A DNA stretch of 64,000 nt. It comes from Calditrichales bacterium (GTDB lineage Bacteria; Calditrichota; Calditrichia; Calditrichales; J004). A program made the position numbers and the translations under genes. Below the pieces are notes generated by a model. The model saw only the letters and a program-made list of their open reading frames with translations, was not told the origin of the DNA and ran no database searches. The stretch is from the NCBI GenBank assembly GCA_965267575.1, contig OZ254086.1, positions 1,536,001-1,600,000 of the forward strand, written 5' to 3'. Of this stretch, positions 1 through 9,041 are shown one piece after another; position 1 is the stretch's first letter, and the number at the start of each line of letters is the position of its first letter.

Positions 1-315
1 TTTGTCTGGAGCGCCGGACTCATCCCCGTTTCCGTTTCCGGGCTGGGCGTGCGCGAGAACCTGGCCGTATTTTTCCTGGCCCAGTATGGCGTATCCGGCG
101 GCGCGGCGGTTGGGGTGTCGCTGCTGGTTTTCTTCCTTAACGCGATCATTCCCGCGCTTATCGGAGGTATTATCATTATGCGTCGCCGCCAGGACCTTAA
201 AAATGCCGGCAGCGAGCTTAAACAAATGACGCAGCGTATTTACAAAAACGGCAAATCGAAAGAGGCTTCAGAGCAGAACCGCCGGCAGGAAGAAAACGAA
301 CAGGGTAATGCATGA
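1..315 (+). CDS. Lysylphosphatidylglycerol-synthase TM / flippase-like membrane protein, 5'-truncated by the window edge
   Basis: Frame is open from base 1 (FVWSAGLIPVSVSGLGVRENLAVFFL...); the P-x-S-x-x-GLGVRE motif followed by TM helices is typical of the LPG_synthase_TM/YbhN family. Confidence 0.7.
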   Translation, partial: FVWSAGLIPVSVSGLGVRENLAVFFLAQYGVSGGAAVGVSLLVFFLNAIIPALIGGIIIMRRRQDLKNAGSELKQMTQRIYKNGKSKEASEQNRRQEENEQGNA

Positions 316-821
316 TCGGACAGGTTCAAAAACTGGTGCGTGTTCTGAATTTACGGGAGCACCCCGAAGGCGGTTTTTTCAGTGAAAGCTATCGTTCCCC
401 GGAAAGCATCATCAAAGAAGCCTTGCCCGAACGCTTTGACGCCCAAAGATCGGTATCCACGGCAATTTATTTTTTGCTGCACGGCCACCAGTTTTCGGCT
501 TTTCACCGCCTGCGGCAGGATGAGGTCTGGCATTTCTATGAAGGTGATCCGCTTCTGCTGCACCGCCTCAATCCGCATACTTCCGATTATGACATTCTGG
601 AATTGGGCCCGGTAAACGACGCCGGCCAAAAGCCACAGATCGTGATGCCTGCCGGCAGCTATTTTGCCGCCCACGTGAAGGGCTTTCGCGGCTATACGCT
701 GTGTGGCTGCACCGTCGCCCCCGGGTTTAACTTTGATGACTTCGAGATGCCGGAGCGCGCCGAACTGATAGAACTTTTCCCGGAGCGAGCCGCCATTATA
801 CGCCGCTTAACGCGTTCCTGA
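312..821 (+). CDS. Cupin domain protein (DUF985/Cupin_5)
   Basis: HPEGGFF, STAIYFLL, FSAFHRL..DEVWHFYEG and CTVAPGFNFDDFE motifs. Confidence 0.9.
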   Translation: MIGQVQKLVRVLNLREHPEGGFFSESYRSPESIIKEALPERFDAQRSVSTAIYFLLHGHQFSAFHRLRQDEVWHFYEGDPLLLHRLNPHTSDYDILELGPVNDAGQKPQIVMPAGSYFAAHVKGFRGYTLCGCTVAPGFNFDDFEMPERAELIELFPERAAIIRRLTRS

Positions 822-902
822 ATTTCGTTTTAATTTTATAGCAATCTCCGGGCAAATTTCTTATTATCATTAATATAAATCTTTTAGCGTCAGGGAAGAG
901 AC

Positions 903-1643
903 ATGAAGCGACCAAAGAATATCCTGCTTATTTTATTCTCAGCCGGCCTTTTTGCCTGCGGTGACATCGCGCCTGTTGTTGAACTTACCGCTTTGCAGGC
1001 GGGAGATGTTTATCCTGAAATTAAAATGATCCGCAACATAAATGGTGAAACCCTGCATGCCCAGTCCACCATTAAGGTTCATATGAGAGACACGGATGGC
1101 AAGCATGTGGAAATATTGGATGGGGAAATTCGGGTCAACGGTGTGAAGCTATCACCGCCATACGCGTTACTGAATGACACGCGGCCATACTACCTGAGCT
1201 ACACGCCGGTAGTGTCCGATTCCATTTACGTTTTTGAGATTGTCTTTAGCGACAGCAGCCGCTTTTATGCCTGGATTGAAACACCGGAAATCGAATTTAC
1301 CTCGGTTGATTTTGACCGCCGCCACCCGGACCGTGCCAACATGCAGATAAGCTGGTCACCGGTAGATTTTCGCTATCCGCAATATGCCATTATTCAGCAT
1401 TTTAGCCCGTATGATGGTTTCACCGAAAACGGGCAGACTGTATTGAATATCAACTACCCGTTCTACGGTACATTCACAATCGACGGATCATATTTACGTT
1501 ACAGCGACAATGATCCCGGCCGGCTGGATGAGCATCGTATTAAAATAGTTGCCGAAGAAACCGGCGTGGTTGATAACCGCTTTCACCGCGGCGGCTATAT
1601 TCAGGCGCGCATCGCCATTTTTAATAACCTGGAAATTTACTGA
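903..1643 (+). CDS. Hypothetical lipoprotein
   Basis: 246 aa ORF; N-terminal signal peptide with lipobox LFAC; purine-rich RBS upstream. Confidence 0.7.
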   Translation: MKRPKNILLILFSAGLFACGDIAPVVELTALQAGDVYPEIKMIRNINGETLHAQSTIKVHMRDTDGKHVEILDGEIRVNGVKLSPPYALLNDTRPYYLSYTPVVSDSIYVFEIVFSDSSRFYAWIETPEIEFTSVDFDRRHPDRANMQISWSPVDFRYPQYAIIQHFSPYDGFTENGQTVLNINYPFYGTFTIDGSYLRYSDNDPGRLDEHRIKIVAEETGVVDNRFHRGGYIQARIAIFNNLEIY

Positions 1644-2030
1644 TCAACCGGCGTAAGCCTCCGCTTCAATTTCCACCAGAATATCCGGCGAGATCAGGCG
1701 TGATACTTCCACCATCGTTGTGGCCGGCCGGATGTCCCGGAAAAACTGTCCGTGCGCTTCTCCCACCTTTTCCCAGTCGTCTATGTTGACCACGTACATA
1801 CGCGTGCGGTAAACGGCGCTTAGGTCCAGCCCGAAATTACTCAGCGCCTTTTCAATATTCCGGATTGTAATAACGGTCTGCCTGTATGCATCGCCCGCGG
1901 CCTGTATTTTTCCGGCGCTATCAGTCGGCGTTGTACCTGATACATAAACTGCGTTTCCGGCCTTTACCGCCCGCGAGTAACCGACGATAGGCTCCCACCT
2001 CGTCCCGGAAGCATAAAGTTCAAAGTTCAT
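1644..2030 (-). CDS. RidA/YjgF/UK114 family protein
   Basis: [36 protein letters not shown]; start placed at ATG 2030 behind a GGAGG RBS. Confidence 0.9.
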   Translation of the reverse strand: MNFELYASGTRWEPIVGYSRAVKAGNAVYVSGTTPTDSAGKIQAAGDAYRQTVITIRNIEKALSNFGLDLSAVYRTRMYVVNIDDWEKVGEAHGQFFRDIRPATTMVEVSRLISPDILVEIEAEAYAG

Positions 2031-2045
2031 CGTATCGTCCTCCAC

Positions 2046-2072
2046 AAAAAAAGGCGGGTCAATGCCCGCCTT
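2046..2072 (-). terminator. Rho-independent terminator after acs
   Basis: AAGGCGGG-cattga-CCCGCCTT followed by a T-run on the minus strand. Confidence 0.75.
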
Positions 2073-2077
2073 ATTAT

Positions 2078-3973
2078 TTATTCTTCCAATGTGCTCAGAT
2101 CGCCTTCGTCCTGGCCGAGCGCCCGTGCTTTTAAAACGCGGCGCATAATCTTGCCGCTGCGTGTCTTTGGCAGGTTGTCGGTAAATATGACGGCCTCCGG
2201 TTTGGCGATGGGGCCCATCTCTTTGTTTACATGTTCCTTTAGTTCTTCTTCAAGTTGCTTGTCCCCGGTCTTACCGGCCTTAAGAATTACGAAAGTGTGG
2301 ATGGCATTGCCCTTTAGCTCGTGGGGCAGGGCGATAGCCGCGGCCTCTGATACGGCAGGATGGCTCACCAGCGCGCTTTCTATTTCGGCGGTCCCCAGAC
2401 GGTAACCGCTTACTTTTATCACGTCGTCAATCCGGCCAATGATCCAGAAATAGCCATCTTCATCCATACGTGCCGAATCGCCGGCCTTGTACCAGCCCTG
2501 TTTTTTGTAATCCTTCCAGTAGGTTTCCTCATATCTGTCGGGGTCGCCATGGATAGTGCGTGCCATGCCGGGCCATGGGGCCTTCAGTACAAGTTTGCCC
2601 TCTTCACCGGGTTTTACTTCTTTGCCCTTGTCGTCAACTATCGCTACTTCATGTCCGAAGAAGGGCTTTGTGGCCGAACCGGGCTTTAACGGTGTTACCG
2701 GCAACGGCGTAATTACAAAACCGCCGGTTTCAGTTTGCCACCACGTATCCATGATCGGGCAACGCTCTTCGCCGATTACGTTATAATACCATTTCCAGGC
2801 CTCAGGATTAATGGGTTCGCCGACTGACCCCAGCAGGCGTAACGTACTCAGGTCGTGTCTCCGCGGCCAGGCATCGCCAAAACGCATCAGGCCGCGTATG
2901 GCTGTGGGCGATGTGTACAGAATGGTTATGCCGTATTTTTCTACCATTTGCCACCAGCGGCTCGGGTAAGGATGGTTCGGGGCACCTTCATACATCATAA
3001 CCGTTGCACCGTTGATCAATGGCGCATAAACAATATAGCTGTGTCCGGTAATCCAGCCCGGATCGGCGGCGCACCACCAGCGGTCTTCGTCTTTAATATC
3101 AAAAACAGTACGGTGCGTTGTGGAGGTGTAAACGCTATAACCGCCGTGCGTGTGAACAAGGCCTTTAGGTTTTCCCGTTGTACCGGACGTATAGAGGATG
3201 AACAGCATATCCTCAGCGTCCATTTTTTCCGTTTCGCAGCGTGCACCGGCTATGGGCAGGCCCATCAGGTCATGATACCAGAAATCGCGATCGTTTTCCA
3301 TGTAGCATTCTTCGCCCGTGCGCTTTACAGTGATGCATACCTCAATAGTAGGAGACCGTTTGATCGCTTCGTTGGCAATGCCCTTCAGGTCGGTGGGCTT
3401 GCCGCGCCGGAATCCGCCGTCCGCGGTAACCAGCACACGGCTTTGCGCATCGTTGATACGATCGGCCAAAGCTTCTACGCTAAAGCCCCCATACACCACA
3501 CTATGCGCGGCACCGATCTTTGCACAGGATAACATGGCAATAGCCAGTTCCGGAATCTGCGGCATGTAGATCGTTACAATGTCGCCTTTGCGCACGCCCA
3601 TGCTTTTAAGAACGTTGGCAAATTTACACACCTCGCGGTTCAAAGCGTGGTAAGAGAACGTTTTCAGGTCGCCCGGCTCGCCCTCCCAGATAAGGGCCAG
3701 CTTGTTGCGGCGCCACGTTTTGAGGTGCCGGTCTATGGCGTTTTGAATAATGTTAATTTTTCCGCCGACAAACCATTTGTAAAAAGGCTTATTGCTGTCA
3801 TCGAGAACTTTGTCCCACTTTTTAAACCAGTCCAGACGCTTCGCTTCATCTGCCCAAAAGCCTTCGCGGTCTTTAATCGAGCTCTTGTAGAGTTTTTCAT
3901 AATCTTTTACATTGGCATTTTTTACTACTTCTTTTGCAGGATAGTAAACATCGCCGGTCATTTTTTTAGCCAT
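2078..3973 (-). CDS. acs: Acetyl-CoA synthetase (AMP-forming)
   Basis: [32 protein letters not shown], and [11 protein letters not shown] carrying the acetylatable Lys. Confidence 0.97.
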   Translation of the reverse strand: MAKKMTGDVYYPAKEVVKNANVKDYEKLYKSSIKDREGFWADEAKRLDWFKKWDKVLDDSNKPFYKWFVGGKINIIQNAIDRHLKTWRRNKLALIWEGEPGDLKTFSYHALNREVCKFANVLKSMGVRKGDIVTIYMPQIPELAIAMLSCAKIGAAHSVVYGGFSVEALADRINDAQSRVLVTADGGFRRGKPTDLKGIANEAIKRSPTIEVCITVKRTGEECYMENDRDFWYHDLMGLPIAGARCETEKMDAEDMLFILYTSGTTGKPKGLVHTHGGYSVYTSTTHRTVFDIKDEDRWWCAADPGWITGHSYIVYAPLINGATVMMYEGAPNHPYPSRWWQMVEKYGITILYTSPTAIRGLMRFGDAWPRRHDLSTLRLLGSVGEPINPEAWKWYYNVIGEERCPIMDTWWQTETGGFVITPLPVTPLKPGSATKPFFGHEVAIVDDKGKEVKPGEEGKLVLKAPWPGMARTIHGDPDRYEETYWKDYKKQGWYKAGDSARMDEDGYFWIIGRIDDVIKVSGYRLGTAEIESALVSHPAVSEAAAIALPHELKGNAIHTFVILKAGKTGDKQLEEELKEHVNKEMGPIAKPEAVIFTDNLPKTRSGKIMRRVLKARALGQDEGDLSTLEE

Positions 3974-4089
3974 AAGAATCCTCCGCAGGGTTTCGGTGAA
4001 AAGATTTAATTTGGGGCAAAGTTGGTAAAATCTATAGTCATCAGTTTATAGATTCAACTTTACAATTAAAGGAAAAGATTTTTTATATT

Positions 4090-4142
4090 ATTAGAAAGAG
4101 ATTAGAATACTAACGCTTAACTAATAAAAATCTAACATTGGG
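4090..4142 (+). promoter_or_regulatory. Putative Pho-box-like operator: 11-bp-period CTAAY repeats
   Basis: CTAAC 4110, CTAAT 4121, CTAAC 4132; inverted ATTAG at 4090 and 4101; lies upstream of a phosphate transporter. Confidence 0.45.
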
Positions 4143-4202
4143 CTTTGTATTTTACACTTTTCTAAATCTCGGAAAGTGGTATCTATACAAGGAAGATTTT
4201 TA

Positions 4203-5303
4203 ATGAAGTCTGACAAGACAAAAGGAAAAGGCGAAAACACAATACTCAGATTGTTTTTACTCATCCTTTTCCTATACATATTTCTGCTCAGCATTTCACT
4301 CATGGGGTCCTCTCTCAAGCTGTTTGGAAAAGGTCTGGCAGAAGCTCTCATCAGCAGTACATCCAATCCTTTCGTTGGTCTCTTTATCGGTATTTTAGCA
4401 ACCTCACTTATACAAAGTTCTTCATCTACAACGTCTATTGTGGTCGGCATGGTTGGAGGCAACGCTTTAAGTGTGGCAAATGCCATCCCGATTATTATGG
4501 GCGCAAACATAGGTACGTCGGTAACCAATACATTGGTTTCTATCGCGCACCTAAACCGCTCCATCGAATTCCGACGATCATTCGCGGCATCTACCGTTCA
4601 TGACTTTTTTAATATTCTGGCTGTTATTGTGATTTTTCCGCTGCAGTTGTCTTTTAACATTCTTGGTGAATCGGCCACATGGCTTGGAAATGCCTTTCAG
4701 AATGTGGGCGGGCTAAACTTCTTCAACCCTTTAAAAGCGATAACCAGCCCCGTGGCAAAAGGTATTATTGAACTGCTTGGCTCATCGGCCTGGCTCTCAT
4801 TAATACTGGCCCTGCTGCTTCTCTTTCTGGCGCTTAAGCAGATCGTCTCGTCGCTGAAGATCCTGGTGGTTAAGCGTGCGGAAGCCTGGTTTGACAAAAT
4901 TCTGTTCAAGAATGCCATACGCGCCTTTACGGTTGGTTTATTGCTGACGGTTCTTGCGCAGAGCAGCTCCATTACCACCAGCCTGATTGTTCCGATGGCC
5001 GGCGCAGGCATTCTGAATCTTATACAGATTTTTCCTTACACGCTCGGCGCCAATATCGGTACGACATTTACATCTATTTTGGCTGCATTGGTCACAGCTA
5101 ACGCCAGCGCGATCATAGTATCTTTTGCGCACCTGATATTTAACATAGCCGGTGTGCTTATCCTGTGGCCGTTCCGTTTTCTGCCGATTTATTTTGCGGA
5201 AAAAATGGCAGACGTTGCTATCCGGAACAAAGTTATACCTTTTGCATACATCATCGTTATGTTTTTTTTACTGCCATTGACTATAATATTTGTGTTTAAA
5301 TGA
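4203..5303 (+). CDS. Na+/phosphate cotransporter (NptA/PNaS family)
   Basis: Two QSSS repeats (IQSSSSTTS, AQSSSITTS), each followed by GANIGT; many TM helices. Confidence 0.92.
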   Translation: MKSDKTKGKGENTILRLFLLILFLYIFLLSISLMGSSLKLFGKGLAEALISSTSNPFVGLFIGILATSLIQSSSSTTSIVVGMVGGNALSVANAIPIIMGANIGTSVTNTLVSIAHLNRSIEFRRSFAASTVHDFFNILAVIVIFPLQLSFNILGESATWLGNAFQNVGGLNFFNPLKAITSPVAKGIIELLGSSAWLSLILALLLLFLALKQIVSSLKILVVKRAEAWFDKILFKNAIRAFTVGLLLTVLAQSSSITTSLIVPMAGAGILNLIQIFPYTLGANIGTTFTSILAALVTANASAIIVSFAHLIFNIAGVLILWPFRFLPIYFAEKMADVAIRNKVIPFAYIIVMFFLLPLTIIFVFK

Positions 5304-5310
5304 GGTTATC

Positions 5311-6006
5311 ATGTTAAAACAGCTTTTTGCAATCTTTAATAAAGATACGTTGATGGACAAGGCGTTCAGCCGGTCCTATGAAATGCTGGCTATTACCAAG
5401 GATATGTTTAATGCCGCCCGTAAAAGTCTGCGTGAAAAGGAAAACAACTCCATCGAGATTGATATATATGACAAAGATATCGAGGTCAACCGCTTTGAGC
5501 GCGAGGTCAGACGCAATATCTTCAGCCATCTGACGGTGGCCGGCGGCGATGAGATTTACTCAGCGCTGGTGCTGGCAAGTATAGTTATAGACATAGAGCG
5601 TATTGGCGATTATACCAAGAACATGGTTGACCTGGCCAAACAGCATCCGGCAAAACTCAGCGGCGGAATTTTTGAAGAGGATCTTCAGCGTGTTGAAAAA
5701 GGCGTTGCGGATACCTTTGAGCGCGTTCCGGTACAGTTCGAAAAATCGGACGTCAAAGATGCTGAGGCTGTGCTCAAGGAGTATCGCTGGATTAACCAGC
5801 TTTGCGATCAGCATGTAAATGATTATATCAACGAAGTGGATAAAGAAATATCCAGCGGTGACGCAGTTACCCTGGCAATGTATTTCCGCTATCTGAAGCG
5901 TATAAACTCGCACCTCAGAAATATCGCCACCAGCGTTGTCAATCCTTTCGACCATATCGGCTTCACGCACAAGCTGTCCAAACAGCAGCAGGAAGAGGAC
6001 GATTAA
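5311..6006 (+). CDS. PhoU-domain protein
   Basis: DIEVNRFEREVRR, DIERIGDY and YLKRINSHLRNIA (PhoU repeats); directly after the Na/Pi transporter. Confidence 0.85.
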   Translation: MLKQLFAIFNKDTLMDKAFSRSYEMLAITKDMFNAARKSLREKENNSIEIDIYDKDIEVNRFEREVRRNIFSHLTVAGGDEIYSALVLASIVIDIERIGDYTKNMVDLAKQHPAKLSGGIFEEDLQRVEKGVADTFERVPVQFEKSDVKDAEAVLKEYRWINQLCDQHVNDYINEVDKEISSGDAVTLAMYFRYLKRINSHLRNIATSVVNPFDHIGFTHKLSKQQQEEDD

Positions 6007-6010
6007 TCTC

Positions 6011-6034
6011 AAGGCCGGCGCTGACCGGCCTTTT
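6011..6034 (+). terminator. Rho-independent terminator
   Basis: AAGGCCGG-cgctga-CCGGCCTTTT. Confidence 0.7.
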
Positions 6035-6070
6035 ATATTTCTGTTCAGCCGCATAAATAACAAAACAATT

Positions 6071-6103
6071 CTTAACATATTCTGAATAAATAAATGCTAT
6101 AAT
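6071..6103 (+). promoter_or_regulatory. Putative activator-dependent promoter
   Basis: Perfect TATAAT at 6098-6103; CTTAACAT (6071) and CTGAATAA (6082) 11 bp apart in place of a consensus -35. Confidence 0.4.
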
Positions 6104-6128
6104 GCGTATAGCAATTCAGGAAATGCTT

Positions 6129-6659
6129 ATGGTTAAAAATATCGGACAAAGTATACTCGCTGTGGATCAAAGGCTTTTTTTAAGGCTTGCCACTATCAGC
6201 AACAAAAAATTTGCGGACGGCTACTTCCGTTTTATGACGCGCTCCGCGGACGGCTATGTTTATGTGCTTTATGGCCTTACGCTGTTTCTTATCGGGGACG
6301 CCATAAGCCTGGACATGCTCGCTGTTGCCGCAGCCGCCTTTGGCATGCAGATACCCGTTTACCTGTTGATAAAGAATGTGGTCAGACGTAAACGCCCGTT
6401 TGAAAAGCTGGTAAGCGTGGCCCGCAAAATTAAAGCCCCGGACCGCTATAGCTTCCCCTCCGGCCATACGGCTTGTGCCTTTTTGTTTGGGCGGCTTATC
6501 GTTTTGCATGTGGTTGAGCTATGGCCGCTGATGCTTTTTTGGGCGCTGAGCGTCGCCGTTTCACGTGTATATCTGCGGGTGCACTTTCCGGGCGATGTTC
6601 TTGCCGGAGCGCTGTTGGGGTTAGCTTCTGCTGAAACCGCCTTGTACCTGTTTGGGTAA
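6129..6659 (+). CDS. PAP2 family membrane phosphatase
   Basis: K-x6-RP (KNVVRRKRP), SFPSGH, SRVYLRVHFPGDV; start uncertain (6102, 6123 or 6129). Confidence 0.92.
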   Translation: MVKNIGQSILAVDQRLFLRLATISNKKFADGYFRFMTRSADGYVYVLYGLTLFLIGDAISLDMLAVAAAAFGMQIPVYLLIKNVVRRKRPFEKLVSVARKIKAPDRYSFPSGHTACAFLFGRLIVLHVVELWPLMLFWALSVAVSRVYLRVHFPGDVLAGALLGLASAETALYLFG

Positions 6660-6664
6660 ATGCC

Positions 6665-7810
6665 ATGAGAGTAGCCATCTTTGCTGACAGTTTACCCCCA
6701 AGCACGGATGGCGTTGCCAACACCTACTGCCACCTGGCTAACCATCTCGATAAAGAAAAAATCACCTACCGTTTCTTTTCCCCATTTACGCCGGGCAAAG
6801 AGTACAGCTGGAGCCGCAGGGTACGTTCCATGCCCTATGTGCCGTTTTTTCTCTATCCGCATTACCGTATTGCTTTACCGGGACAAAAAAGACTTTTTCG
6901 CAGCCTTGATCGTTTTCGTCCTAATCTAATCCACGTTTCAAGCCCGACGTTGGTGGGATACCAGGCCATGCGCTATGCCCGCCTCAATGACATACCGGCA
7001 GTAGCCGCTTACCACACCGATTTTATTGCTTACTTTAAATATTACGGATTTAATTTTGCGGAGAATGTCGGCTGGGGTTATCTGCGCTGGTTTTACAACC
7101 AGTTTGACGCGATACTGGCGCCTTCGCAATCCACGCGGCGTATGTTGCGGCTGCAAGGTTTCCGTAACGTGATACTTTGGCAGCGGGGCGTAAACACAGA
7201 GCTGTTTAACCCCAAATGGCGCAACCGGCAAAATAAAATACCACGCCTGCTCTTTGTAGGGAGAATTGTAAAAGAGAAAGATGTGGATGACCTGGCCGCG
7301 GCGTACTTGCTTTTAAATAAAAATGCCAAAAAATGTGATTTAATCTGGATTGGCGATGGTGAGTACCGCGCGGAACTGCAGCAACGCCTGCCGGACTGCC
7401 GCTTTGCCGGATACCTTCATGGAGACGATCTGGCACGCGAATACGCAAATGCCGACCTTTTTGTGTTTCCCTCCACCACCGAGACATTCGGAAATGTTAT
7501 TTTAGAAGCACTGTCCAGCGGCTTGCCGGTCGTTACGGTGGATAAAGGCGCGGTAAAAGATCTGGTTGAGGATGGTAAAACCGGACATGTGACTGCCGCA
7601 AACGATCCCGCGCAACTCGCTGCCGCGGTTGACGTACTGCTAAATGATGAAAAAAAGCGTCTGCAATTTGCCCGCAACGCCCGGCAATATGCTCTCAACT
7701 TCAGCTGGGATAGTATCAACGGAAAGCTGCTGGATGCTTACAAAAAGCTGTTAAGTTACCCTGTTCATCTTCCGAGTATGGATAAGAACAGGATGAAAGA
7801 AAAAATTTAA
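6665..7810 (+). CDS. GT4 (GT-B) glycosyltransferase, likely diacylglycerol glycosyltransferase (Agt/SqdX/MgtA-like)
   Basis: GVANT, AAYHTDF..Y, IWQRGV-like segment, LLFVGRIVKEK, DLFVFPSTTETFGNVILEALSSGLPVV. Confidence 0.88.
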   Translation: MRVAIFADSLPPSTDGVANTYCHLANHLDKEKITYRFFSPFTPGKEYSWSRRVRSMPYVPFFLYPHYRIALPGQKRLFRSLDRFRPNLIHVSSPTLVGYQAMRYARLNDIPAVAAYHTDFIAYFKYYGFNFAENVGWGYLRWFYNQFDAILAPSQSTRRMLRLQGFRNVILWQRGVNTELFNPKWRNRQNKIPRLLFVGRIVKEKDVDDLAAAYLLLNKNAKKCDLIWIGDGEYRAELQQRLPDCRFAGYLHGDDLAREYANADLFVFPSTTETFGNVILEALSSGLPVVTVDKGAVKDLVEDGKTGHVTAANDPAQLAAAVDVLLNDEKKRLQFARNARQYALNFSWDSINGKLLDAYKKLLSYPVHLPSMDKNRMKEKI

Positions 7811-7831
7811 AACGCGCAACAGGGACCGTAT

Positions 7832-8881
7832 ATGAAGCAAAGCAGGGAAGCGCACTCTCCGCTAAGGAAGCATTTAAAGAAAATATTCTGGGCAATCCCC
7901 GTACTTGTTGTTATAAATATTACCGTTTCACTGTGGGGCGGAAAGCAGGATCTCCTGCAAAGCCTTTCCGCTTTTAATCCCGTCTATTTTGTGCTCGCGC
8001 TTGGTCTTGGTCTTATGCCCTGGCTTACCCATGCTTCACGCATCTGGCTGTGGACAGATTTTATCAAACAAAAAATATCATTTAAAAACAGTCTGCGCAC
8101 CGCGATTGGTTCTGACCTCGGCGCGGCGCTTACGCCCACCGCGGTGGGTGGCTCTCCGGTAAAAGCGGCCATGCTGATCAGCAATGGTGTCTCGCCTGCA
8201 TCTTCCATCGTTTTAAGCGCCATTACTACATTGGAAGACCTGGTCTATTTTATGATTTCCTTTTTGGTAATTTTTGTGTTCAGCGGTTTTATCAGCGAAT
8301 CCCTGCTTATATCGGGGGTAAGCAATATGCTGCTGGATCACCACGCGCTATTGTATGTGGCGATCGCTGGCACGGTGCTGGCCTTTCTTTATAAAGTGGT
8401 TTTTTACGATCAGCCCTGGGTTGTACGCGCCCGTAACTGGTTTACCGGACAGGTTGCTGAAATAAGGCAGGTAAGCCTGCTGATCTGGAAAAGCGGTAAA
8501 AGGTTGTTTTTGCTGAGCCTGCTGCTCAACACGCTGCAGTGGCTTATTCGCTACTTATTGTTGTACGTGCTTCTGCTAAGCCTGGGGCAGCCCGTCGGAC
8601 TACTCACGGTGATAGCCCTCTCCTGGCTGGTTTATTTTATCATGTTGTTTGTGCCCACACCGGGGGCAGTGCTTGGCGCGGAAGCGGCATTTTTCATGGC
8701 TTTTTCAACCTATCTGCCTGCTGAGATCATTGGTTTTGTTATTTTTGGCTGGCGCTTTTTAACTTTCTACTATCAGTTATCGATGGGTGCGGTTATGTTT
8801 GCTCTGCTGCCATACCTCACACCTATCCGCCGCCGTCTTCCACGCTGGATGCCTTTCCGCCTAGCCCGTTTTCAATCCTGA
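7832..8881 (+). CDS. Flippase-like (LPG synthase TM region) membrane protein
   Basis: ALTPTAVGGSPVKA, FVPTPGAVLGAEAAF, WRFLTFY; about 8 TM segments. Confidence 0.85.
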   Translation: MKQSREAHSPLRKHLKKIFWAIPVLVVINITVSLWGGKQDLLQSLSAFNPVYFVLALGLGLMPWLTHASRIWLWTDFIKQKISFKNSLRTAIGSDLGAALTPTAVGGSPVKAAMLISNGVSPASSIVLSAITTLEDLVYFMISFLVIFVFSGFISESLLISGVSNMLLDHHALLYVAIAGTVLAFLYKVVFYDQPWVVRARNWFTGQVAEIRQVSLLIWKSGKRLFLLSLLLNTLQWLIRYLLLYVLLLSLGQPVGLLTVIALSWLVYFIMLFVPTPGAVLGAEAAFFMAFSTYLPAEIIGFVIFGWRFLTFYYQLSMGAVMFALLPYLTPIRRRLPRWMPFRLARFQS

Positions 8882-9041
8882 AAACCCTCCTCTAAGTTTG
8901 CCCGCTTTCAGTATATTCAAAAAAGCGGGCATATAAAACAAGGCTTTTTAGTTTAGGGCTTTTCAATTACTAATTCGTACCACCCTTAAGGAGCTTTACT
9001 TAACTTTAATGTCGGGCATTTTCAGCAATTGAGGGCAAATT

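Noticed and set aside
8899-8931. Hairpin TGCCCGCTTT...AAAGCGGGCA as a riboswitch for the TonB-dependent receptor
   Set aside because: No cobalamin or TPP riboswitch consensus seen; more likely a terminator-like stem after the upstream operon.
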